Assembly (NCBI GenBank): GCA_031405615.1
Contig: JANNJB010000268.1
Coordinates: 1 to 28,713, forward strand
Reading direction: 5' to 3'
DNA length: 28,713 bases
Origin: Vicinamibacteria bacterium
Lineage (GTDB): Bacteria; Acidobacteriota; Vicinamibacteria; Fen-336; JAGNNV01
The notes beneath the pieces were generated by a model that was not told where the DNA came from, did no database searches, and saw nothing but the letters and a program-made list of their open reading frames with translations. The translations under genes and the position numbers were made by a program. Below are positions 1 through 7,744 of this stretch, in pieces (the first letter of the stretch is position 1; the number at the start of each line of letters is the position of its first letter).

Positions 1-2
1 CG

Positions 3-140
3 TTCGACCTCCAGCAGCCTGACTTCGGCGCCTCGGGGAAGATTCGGCGAAGCGCCATGATGGTGAGGGTCATCACGTCCAAGGAGCAGCGCCGGCCGGA
101 AGACCCCACGTCTGAACCTTTCTCCGCGGGGACGCCATGA
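3..140 (+). CDS. 3' end of an upstream gene (partial, product unknown; position is typical of an EPS export or outer-membrane protein)
   Basis: Frame 3 is open from the window edge (FDLQQPDFGASGKIRRSAMMVRVITSKEQRRPEDPTSEPFSAGTP*). Its TGA (138-140) overlaps the next ATG (137) in an ATGA junction, like the rest of the operon. Confidence 0.55.
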   Translation, partial: FDLQQPDFGASGKIRRSAMMVRVITSKEQRRPEDPTSEPFSAGTP

Positions 141-1645
141 CCGCAGGGAGCGGCAGAATGGGTGTGGACGCGGCGATCGCCTCGTTTCGACGCAGGAAAT
201 GGGTGGCTCTTTTTGTCTTCGCCCTCGTTCTCTCCGCGGCGTTGACCTTCGCGAAGTCGTTGCCGAACCTCTATCAGTCGACCGCGATCGTCCTGGTCGA
301 GCGCCCTTCCTCGCCAAACGGCTCGGACGACGTCGAGTCCCGCCTCCAAAGCATCCGGCAGGAGATCCTGAGCCGCACCCGGCTCGCGGAGCTGATCGGG
401 CGGCTGGACCTGTATCCCGAGATGCGCAAACTCACCTCCATGCAGAACGTGGTCGACCGCATGCGGCGCGACGTTCGGATCGACGTGTCGGGCACAGACC
501 AGGCGACGGGCCGCGGCACCATCGCCTTCTCTCTCGGCTACCGCGGCCGCGATCCGGTGAAAGTCACGGTGGTGGCGAACGCGCTCACGAACTCCTACCT
601 CGAGGAGGACGCCCACCTGCGCGACCGGCAGACCAGGGGCGCCGCTGCCGTCCTGCGCACCCAGCTCGAAGAGGTCAAGAAGCGGCTGGCCCCGCAGGAG
701 GCGCGCATGGCCGAGTTCAAGAGGAACCACGCCGGCGAGCTGCCTCAACAGGCGGATGCGGGGCTCATCGCCATCGAGCGCCTGAGCGGGCAACTGCAGA
801 GGGTGACCGAGATGCGAAGCGCGGCCGCGGACCGCCGCGCGGCTCTCCTTCGCGAGTCGGGAGAACCGGCCGCCGCCGAGGCCCAGGATCCGGATCGAGC
901 GCGCCTGGCTCGCCTCACCCAGGAACTCGCGGCCCTGCGGACAAAGTTCAGCGAGAAGTATCCAGACGTCATCACGAAGAAGAGCGAGGTCGAAAGCCTC
1001 ACCCAGGTGGTCGCGCAAAAGCCGGTGGTGGATCGCTCCCTGCCGCAGCTCGAACAGCTGAACCGCGAGATCCGCACCCACCAGGCCGAGGAGAGCCGGC
1101 TTCGGAGCGAGATCGGGATGCTCGAGCGCCGGGCGGCCGGGGCGCCGTTCCGCGAACAGGAATATCAGGTCCTCTCCCGCGACTACGCCACCACGCGCGA
1201 CTTCTACGACTCTTTGCTGAAGCGATATGAAGAAGCGCAGCTGGCCGAGGCCCGTGAAGAGGGACCACAGGGACAAAGGCTCCGTCTCCTCGATCCGGCG
1301 ATAGCTCCCGTCGATGCGATCGCCCCCGACCGCCTCCGCCTCGCCATTTTCGGCCTGATCGCGGCCCTGGCCCTCGCGGTGGTCGGGGTGGCGGCGGCCG
1401 AGAGGTTCGACACCTCCTTCCACTCCGCGGAAGACCTGGCCCGCCACACGCGCGTTCCGGTCCTCGTGCGGATTCCGCGAATGCCGAACGATTCCGGCGA
1501 AGACCGAAGCCGGTCGAGACGCCGCGCGGCCTTGATGACCCTCGGTCTCGTGATCGGGGTCTTCCTGACCATAAACGCGTCAAGACTGCTCGCCCACGAG
1601 AACGAAGGGGTCGTCGCCCTGCTCGCCCCAAGGAGCCGCTCATGA
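137..1645 (+). CDS. Polysaccharide co-polymerase / chain-length determinant (Wzz/GumC; N-terminal part of a split Wzc)
   Basis: N-terminal TM (WVALFVFALVLSAAL) followed by LPNLYQSTAIVLVE; long coiled-coil region with KFSEKYPDV; LRLLDPAIAP motif before a second TM; ERFDTSF...VPVLVRIP; extra C-terminal TM. Confidence 0.92.
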   Translation: MTAGSGRMGVDAAIASFRRRKWVALFVFALVLSAALTFAKSLPNLYQSTAIVLVERPSSPNGSDDVESRLQSIRQEILSRTRLAELIGRLDLYPEMRKLTSMQNVVDRMRRDVRIDVSGTDQATGRGTIAFSLGYRGRDPVKVTVVANALTNSYLEEDAHLRDRQTRGAAAVLRTQLEEVKKRLAPQEARMAEFKRNHAGELPQQADAGLIAIERLSGQLQRVTEMRSAAADRRAALLRESGEPAAAEAQDPDRARLARLTQELAALRTKFSEKYPDVITKKSEVESLTQVVAQKPVVDRSLPQLEQLNREIRTHQAEESRLRSEIGMLERRAAGAPFREQEYQVLSRDYATTRDFYDSLLKRYEEAQLAEAREEGPQGQRLRLLDPAIAPVDAIAPDRLRLAIFGLIAALALAVVGVAAAERFDTSFHSAEDLARHTRVPVLVRIPRMPNDSGEDRSRSRRRAALMTLGLVIGVFLTINASRLLAHENEGVVALLAPRSRS

Positions 1646-2427
1646 GCACCATTCCGGATGTTCGTGTCACATTGCCGGCAACCCGCGCCGCTTCGAAGGA
1701 AGCGCCGGCCGCGCAGGCGCAGAGGATGCCTCAGACCTACGCAAGCGAGCAGTATCGCGTGCTGAGCCACATCGTCCAGCAGCTCGGGAAACTCGGCAAG
1801 CGTGTGATCGCGGTTTCGAGTCCGGTGGCAGGCGATGGGAAGACCACGACGAGCATCAACCTCGCGGCGACTCTCGCTCAGGCCGGAGACGCCCGGGTGC
1901 TGCTCATCGACGCGGACCTGCGCCGCGGTTGCCTCGCCGATCAGCTTGGCATTGGGAGATCCGCCGGCCCGGGTCTTGCGGGCGCCATCTCCGACCCATT
2001 ATGCCGGCTCGAATCGGTGACGCGGCGCCGGGTCGGTTTGAACTTCGCCCTCCTGCCCGCGGGCCCCTATCCGCCGATGCCCTATGAGGCGCTGCGTTCG
2101 GCGCGCATGGGCGAGATCCTCGCGGAGGCGCGCCAGCAATTCGACTATGTGCTCCTCGACACTCCGCCGGTGGTGCCGGTGGCCGACCTTCGCGCCGTGA
2201 GCGACTGGGTGGACGGAATTTTCCTGGTGGTGAGCGCGCATGTGACGCCGCGCGGCCTTTTGGACGAGGCGCTCTCGTCCATGGATGCCGAGAAGGTCGT
2301 GGGCATCGTCTACAACGGAGACGATCTTCCCCTCTCCGGGCAGTACCGCTCTTACTACAGCTACGGGGAGCCGGGGTCAACACCCCGCCGTTCTCCCTCG
2401 ATCCTCGGCGTCACGGGCGGAAGGTGA
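1642..2427 (+). CDS. CpsD/CapB-family bacterial tyrosine kinase (C-terminal part of a split Wzc)
   Basis: Walker A SSPVAGDGKTT, Walker A' VLLIDADLRR, Walker B VLLDTPP, C-terminal Tyr cluster QYRSYYSYG (2341-2367); ATGA overlap with the upstream gene. Confidence 0.93.
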   Translation: MSTIPDVRVTLPATRAASKEAPAAQAQRMPQTYASEQYRVLSHIVQQLGKLGKRVIAVSSPVAGDGKTTTSINLAATLAQAGDARVLLIDADLRRGCLADQLGIGRSAGPGLAGAISDPLCRLESVTRRRVGLNFALLPAGPYPPMPYEALRSARMGEILAEARQQFDYVLLDTPPVVPVADLRAVSDWVDGIFLVVSAHVTPRGLLDEALSSMDAEKVVGIVYNGDDLPLSGQYRSYYSYGEPGSTPRRSPSILGVTGGR

Positions 2428-2464
2428 ATCCCATGAATCTCCTCGCTGGGAAAGGGCGCCGGTC

Positions 2465-3997
2465 GTGCTGCTGACTCTGGCCTCACTCGAAGGCGCGACG
2501 TTGTTCCTCGTCGCCTGGCTTCGCCTCGGCCGCAGCGGGGGACTTGTCGGGGGCTTCGCCCCGGTGGAGATTGTGCACGCCCTGCTCATCGCCTTGTGCG
2601 GCCTCTTCGCATTCCACTTCGCCGACCTCTATGAGTTGCGAAGAGTGCGGAGGTTCCGCCAGTTCCTTTCGCGATGGCCGGGCGCTCTCGCGATGACGTT
2701 CGGTCTTGCCGCCCTCCTCTCGATAGCACCGGACTTTCGAACCACCTGGCGGTTCCTGGCGGAGACCGTGGTGATTGGGGGCCTCGCGATCCTCCCGCTT
2801 CGCGCTCTCCTCCATCACCTCTTCTCGGTCCATCCCTTCAGCCGCCGCGTTCTCGTCATTGGCACCACCGAACTCGCGGGCAAGGTGGTTTCCGAGATGC
2901 TCGCCACCCCCGACCTTCGGGACGTGGTGGTGGGCGTCGTCGAAGACGGCGCCGGCGAGTTCAAGCCCGACCTCCCCACCCTCCGCCTCGGCTCGATCGA
3001 AAACCTGGGACGGATCATCGAGGGGTTCGAGCCCGACCTGATCGTGTGCGCCACCTGCGAGCAGCAGGACCCGTTCGTGGTGAGAGAACTCTTGAAGCCC
3101 CGTTCCCGCGGCACTCCCATCGAGGATGGTGTCGCGGCCTATGAACGTCTCACGGGAAAGATCGCGATCGAATACGCGGAGCCGCGCGCCATCCTCTTCG
3201 CGAACGAATCGGAGGCCTCCTGGCTCACTTTGTTCGCCGCGCGCGTCGTGAGTTTCGTGGTGGCGCTTGTGGGCCTCATCGTCCTGCTTCCTTTCCTCCT
3301 TCCCGTGGCTCTCCTCATAAAGATGGACTCGGAAGGACCGGTCTTCTTCCTCCACGAGCGTGTGGGCCTGGGCGGTCGCCCTTTCCGCCTCATCAAGTTT
3401 CGGACCATGTCCATGGGCGGGGCGCTTTCCGAGTGGGCCGCCGACAACCACCATCGCACCACCCGGGTGGGGCACTCGCTGCGGCGGTTCCGCATCGATG
3501 AACTGCCTCAGTTCGTGAACATCCTGCGGGGCGACATGAATCTGGTGGGCCCGCGGCCTCATCCCATCTCCAACGTCGCGCTCTTCACCGAGAACATTCC
3601 CTACTACGGCCTGCGGTGTTCGGTGCGGCCCGGCGTCACCGGCTGGGCCCAGATTCGATATGGGTACGCGAACAACCTCGCGGAAGAGACGGAGAAGATG
3701 CGCTACGACCTGCACTACATCAGGCATCTCTCGCTCGCCATGGACCTGCGCGTGCTGTTCGAGACGGTGAAGGTCGTGATCACGGGCAGCAAGCCCGCGA
3801 CTCTCGCGGATGAGAAGGGCGCTCAGCTTCTGCCCATTTACTTCGGCGACGAACACCCGAGCAGGAGACGCGCAGCACTTCGCCTGTCTCCGCCGCCGCA
3901 AGCGCTCACGGCTGGTCCCGCGTGGGGCAACGAAGTGACTTCGATCGACGAACAGCGAGCCAAGGGGCGAAGCTCCTCTTCCCGGGACGTCGCGTGA
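2465..3997 (+). CDS. Polyprenyl-phosphate glycosylphosphotransferase (WcaJ/CpsE-type priming sugar transferase)
   Basis: Four N-terminal TMs, RRVLVIGT domain, TM, then Bac_transf motifs KFRTM, IDELPQFVNILRGDMNLVGPRP, RPGVTGWAQIRYGY, YDLHYI. Start placed at GTG 2465 with AAAGGG 8 nt upstream; start is uncertain. Confidence 0.92.
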   Translation: MLLTLASLEGATLFLVAWLRLGRSGGLVGGFAPVEIVHALLIALCGLFAFHFADLYELRRVRRFRQFLSRWPGALAMTFGLAALLSIAPDFRTTWRFLAETVVIGGLAILPLRALLHHLFSVHPFSRRVLVIGTTELAGKVVSEMLATPDLRDVVVGVVEDGAGEFKPDLPTLRLGSIENLGRIIEGFEPDLIVCATCEQQDPFVVRELLKPRSRGTPIEDGVAAYERLTGKIAIEYAEPRAILFANESEASWLTLFAARVVSFVVALVGLIVLLPFLLPVALLIKMDSEGPVFFLHERVGLGGRPFRLIKFRTMSMGGALSEWAADNHHRTTRVGHSLRRFRIDELPQFVNILRGDMNLVGPRPHPISNVALFTENIPYYGLRCSVRPGVTGWAQIRYGYANNLAEETEKMRYDLHYIRHLSLAMDLRVLFETVKVVITGSKPATLADEKGAQLLPIYFGDEHPSRRRAALRLSPPPQALTAGPAWGNEVTSIDEQRAKGRSSSSRDVA

Positions 3998-5322
3998 CGA
4001 TTCAGGACGCCTCGAAACCCGCCTTCGCGGTCGCGGCGGACTGGTGGCGCCCGGTCCGTCAAACCGAGGCCTCAAACGACCCGATCCGCCCTGTCGTTTC
4101 TGGCGACGCGGACGCGAGCTCCCTTGCCTATCGCGCTCTGATCACCTTCACCTGCTTTCTGCTGCTTGCGCCGCAGAATCTTTTCCCGGTGCTCGGCACT
4201 CTCCGGATCGTGCTCCTCGCCGGCGTCATAGCCATCGTCGCGCACGTGCGCGACCGCTGGGCCCTCGGCCTGCCTCTGGCGAGGCCCGGCCGGGAGATGA
4301 CCCTTGCCGGGTTGATCCTTCTCTGGTCGGTCCTCGGCATGCCCTTCTCCCAATGGCCGGGAGGGAGCCTCGCACTCCTGCTGGACCTGTTCATCAAGTC
4401 GCTCGCCTTCTTCTGGCTGATCGCCAACCTGATCGACACCCTGCCCCGGCTGCGAACCATGACGAAGGTGCTCACCGCGCTCACGGTGACCCTTGGCCTC
4501 GTCGGGATCTGGAACTACCTCTCCGGAGTGTTCGCGCCCACGCGGGACATCCGAATCCTTGGCTACAACGCCGGCCTCACCCGAAACCCCAACGATCTCG
4601 CGCTGATGATCAATCTGATCCTTCCGATGAGCGTGGCCCTGCTCCTCCTGTCTTCGCGACCTTTGGCGCGGCTCCTCCTCGCGGGCGCGATCCTCATCCA
4701 GGCGTGCGCCATCGTTCTCACGTTCTCGAGGGCGGGTTTCCTGACTCTCGCGACGACTGGCTTTGTGTTCGGCCTGCGGCTGGTGCGCCGCCCGAGTCGG
4801 GGGCTCGTCTTCGCCGGGCTTTGCGGAGCCCTTCTGGCCCTGCCTTTCCTTCCCGCCTCTTACACGGATCGCATCCTCACGATGGGCAGCCTCGATGCGG
4901 ATCCCACCGGGTCGGCGCAGGCTCGCTGGACGGGGACGGTGGCGGCTATGGAACACGCGCTCGAAAACCCGTTCCTGGGCGCCGGGCTCGGGATGAACAT
5001 CCTGGTCCTGAACGACTCGGTAGGAGCCACGTGGAGGCGGGTGCACAACGTCTATCTCGAATACGCGGTGGACCTCGGCATGCCCGGGCTGATCCTCTTC
5101 CTCATGCTCCTGTTTTCGAGCTGGCGCAGCGTTCGGCGAGCCACGAAGAGTCTCAACCCTGAGGTGGCGCAACTCGCGGAAGGCATCGAGATCAGCCTTC
5201 TCGCGTTCTCGGTGGCCGCTTTCTTCCACCCCGCCGCCTACGAGTTCTACTTCTATTTCATCGCCGGGCTGGCCGTGGCCGCGAAGGTCGTGAGTCAAAG
5301 AAACGCAGGGGTGCCGGCATGA
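3994..5322 (+). CDS. O-antigen ligase / Wzy-family polymerase (multi-pass membrane protein)
   Basis: About 10-12 hydrophobic segments; NPNDLAL, LTFSRAGFL, NPFLGAGLG, VHNVYLEYAVDLGMPGL motifs. GTG 3994 overlaps the previous stop (GTGA). Confidence 0.88.
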   Translation: MTIQDASKPAFAVAADWWRPVRQTEASNDPIRPVVSGDADASSLAYRALITFTCFLLLAPQNLFPVLGTLRIVLLAGVIAIVAHVRDRWALGLPLARPGREMTLAGLILLWSVLGMPFSQWPGGSLALLLDLFIKSLAFFWLIANLIDTLPRLRTMTKVLTALTVTLGLVGIWNYLSGVFAPTRDIRILGYNAGLTRNPNDLALMINLILPMSVALLLLSSRPLARLLLAGAILIQACAIVLTFSRAGFLTLATTGFVFGLRLVRRPSRGLVFAGLCGALLALPFLPASYTDRILTMGSLDADPTGSAQARWTGTVAAMEHALENPFLGAGLGMNILVLNDSVGATWRRVHNVYLEYAVDLGMPGLILFLMLLFSSWRSVRRATKSLNPEVAQLAEGIEISLLAFSVAAFFHPAAYEFYFYFIAGLAVAAKVVSQRNAGVPA

Positions 5323-6533
5323 GCGCGCCCGCGACCGGCGGGGAGCGAGTCCCGGCACTCACCTTCCTCACCAACTTCCTCATCGGAGGGACGGAGCGGC
5401 AGGTGCTGAATCTTGTGCGGAATCACGACCGCACCCGGTTTGACGTGCACCTTGGCTGTTTCCGACTCGCCGGCCCGCTGCTCACGGAACTCGATGCCTC
5501 CAAGGTGTCTCTCTCCGAATACCCCATCAAGACCCTGCCCAGTCCGAGAACGTTGTGGCAGCAGTGGCGTCTGATCCGCTACATCCGCGCCCATCGCATC
5601 CGCGTCGTCCACGCCTTCGGCTTCTACGCAAACGTCTTTGCGATTCCCGCGGCCCGGCTCGCCGGCGCCCCCCTCGTCATCGCCTCGATCCGCGACACCG
5701 GCGACCACCTGACCTGGCTGCAAAAGGCGATGCAGAAGTGGGCGTGCCGCGCCGCACACCACGTGCTCGTTAACGCTCTCGCGGTCAGGACGGTCCTCGT
5801 GGAGCAGGGTTACGACCCCGCCCATATCACCGTGATTCGAAACGGAATCGATGTCGCCCGGTTCAGGGGTGTCGAAAGTCGACGAGCGGCGCGAGCGCTC
5901 CTCGGCATCCGAGACGAAGCGCCCCTGATCGCGGTCTTCGCTCGACTCAATCCGCTCAAAGGTCTCGAGTTCTTCCTCGAAGCCGCCGCCTTGCTGAGCG
6001 GGCAGTTCAAGGATGCGCGTTTCCTCATCGTGGGCGACAGCATTTCGCGGGAGTATCGCGACGAACTCGAAGGAAAAGCCAAAGCCCTGGGCCTCGGCAC
6101 ACGAGTCTTCTTCACGGGCTTCAGGACAGATATCCCCGAACTCCTGGGTGAGGTGAGTGTCCTGGTCCTGCCCTCCCTCGCCGAAGGACTCTCGAACGTG
6201 ATCCTCGAAGGCATGGCCGCGGGAGTGCCCGTGGTGGCCACGCGGGTGGGGGGCAACCCCGAGATAGTTGAGGATGGCGTGAGCGGTCTGCTCGTTCCCC
6301 CGCGGGACGCATCTGCCCTCGCCGAGGCGATCGGATCGCTGATCGCGGACCCGGGGCGTCGCGAGGCGATGGGCCGCGCCGGCCAGAAGCTGGCGATCGA
6401 GCGTTTCTCTCTCGAGGCCACCGTGGCCCAGACCGAGGAGCTTTATGAGCGCCTGCTCCGCCCCTCTCCCAAGCGGCGTCCGCAACCAACCCCGCTTTCA
6501 TCCCCGCCTCTTCCCGAGGAAAAGTGGCGATGA
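5319..6533 (+). CDS. Glycosyltransferase family 4 (GT-B)
   Basis: IGGTERQV N-terminal motif, IRNGID, RLNPLKG, SLAEGLSNVILEGMAAGVPVVATRVGGNPE (EX7E); ATGA overlap. Confidence 0.93.
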   Translation: MSAPATGGERVPALTFLTNFLIGGTERQVLNLVRNHDRTRFDVHLGCFRLAGPLLTELDASKVSLSEYPIKTLPSPRTLWQQWRLIRYIRAHRIRVVHAFGFYANVFAIPAARLAGAPLVIASIRDTGDHLTWLQKAMQKWACRAAHHVLVNALAVRTVLVEQGYDPAHITVIRNGIDVARFRGVESRRAARALLGIRDEAPLIAVFARLNPLKGLEFFLEAAALLSGQFKDARFLIVGDSISREYRDELEGKAKALGLGTRVFFTGFRTDIPELLGEVSVLVLPSLAEGLSNVILEGMAAGVPVVATRVGGNPEIVEDGVSGLLVPPRDASALAEAIGSLIADPGRREAMGRAGQKLAIERFSLEATVAQTEELYERLLRPSPKRRPQPTPLSSPPLPEEKWR

Positions 6534-7744
6534 GCGCCGAACTCCTGAGGTTCCCGTCCCCGCGGGCCACCCTTCCCGTGTCCCTCGCCGTGGTCGAGCC
6601 CGGGCTTCGCGTGGACACAATAGACGACCCTGCGCGGTTCGCCGCGCTCCGGGATCCCTGGAACGAGCTGCTCGAATCGAGCTCTTCGAACACCGTCTTC
6701 CTGACCTGGGAATGGCTGAGCACCTGGTGCGCCCATCTCTCCGCCGGAACGAAGCTCCACGTCATCACGGTCCGTCGCGGATCCCAGATCCTCGCCATCG
6801 CTCCGTTCGTGTCGCGGGGCACGAGTCTCCTCGGCGCGTTGCGTCTCTCCTTCATCGGCACGGGCCGGGTGGGATCCGACTATCTCGATATTCTCGTGCG
6901 ACACGGCGCGGCCGCCGAGGCGATTGCGAAACTTTCGGCTCACCTTGTTCAGACGGACGCGCAGCTCGACCTCGCCCAGGTTCGGGTCAGCGCCAGCGCC
7001 GCCCGCCTTCTCGCCCGCGACCTGCGACTCTCCGGGGGTCTGGTGGGCGCTACGCGCACGCACCGGTGTCCTTACATCGATCTTAAGGGCCTCACGTTCG
7101 ATTCCTATCTCGCGAGCCTTGGTTCCGAGCACCGTTACAACTTCCAGAGAAAACTTCGCAAGCTGGAGACGGCGCACGCGATGAGGTTCGAACCCGTCGA
7201 CTCCGAGGCGAGACGTCGCGAATTGCTGCCGGTGTTGTTCGAGCTGCACCGGTTGCGATGGAGCGAACGAGGCGGCTCCGATGGTCTTTCGGGCGAGGGA
7301 ATCCGCGGGTTCCACGAGGAGTGGTCGCGGCTGGCCCTCTCGCGTGGCTGGCTTCGGTTCTTCATCCTGTGGCTGAAGGACACCCCCGCCGCCGCGTTCT
7401 ATGGCTTCCGGTATGGCCGCGTTTTCTCCTTCTATCAATCGGGCTTCGACCCCCGTTTCTCCAAACTCAGTGTTGGCCTCGTGACCATGGGCCTGGCGAT
7501 CCGGAGCGCCCTGGATGAAGGCGCTGCCGAATTCGATCTTCTCCACGGTGAGGAGTCGTACAAGCTCCATTGGGCGAAGCGGTCGAGACGCCTTTTCCGT
7601 TTGAGCGTGTTTCCAGGGGGCGGGCTCGGCCATCTCGCGAGGGCCGGCGCCTCGGCGCGGGAGTCCGCGCGCCGCCTGATGCGCCGGCTTCCTGCCCGAC
7701 TGGTCTCTCGCCTCACCGCCCAAAGAAGAGGAGGGGCTCAGTAA
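6530..7744 (+). CDS. GNAT-family protein, CelD/BcsL (Acetyltransf_6 / FemAB-like) type, copy 1
   Basis: WNELL...FLTWEWLSTW N-terminus; YLASLG...RKLRKL; FYQSGFDP...SVGLVTM...FDLLHGEESYKLHW. Start ATG 6530 (ATGA overlap). Confidence 0.85.
   Translation: MSAELLRFPSPRATLPVSLAVVEPGLRVDTIDDPARFAALRDPWNELLESSSSNTVFLTWEWLSTWCAHLSAGTKLHVITVRRGSQILAIAPFVSRGTSLLGALRLSFIGTGRVGSDYLDILVRHGAAAEAIAKLSAHLVQTDAQLDLAQVRVSASAARLLARDLRLSGGLVGATRTHRCPYIDLKGLTFDSYLASLGSEHRYNFQRKLRKLETAHAMRFEPVDSEARRRELLPVLFELHRLRWSERGGSDGLSGEGIRGFHEEWSRLALSRGWLRFFILWLKDTPAAAFYGFRYGRVFSFYQSGFDPRFSKLSVGLVTMGLAIRSALDEGAAEFDLLHGEESYKLHWAKRSRRLFRLSVFPGGGLGHLARAGASARESARRLMRRLPARLVSRLTAQRRGGAQ

Noticed and set aside
2483-4075. Long antisense ORFs (also 4072-5358, 6443-7723, 12766-14313, 16919-18436, 20396-22216)
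   Set aside because: Shadow ORFs opposite well-supported genes, with no motifs; stop-codon scarcity in high-GC sequence explains them.
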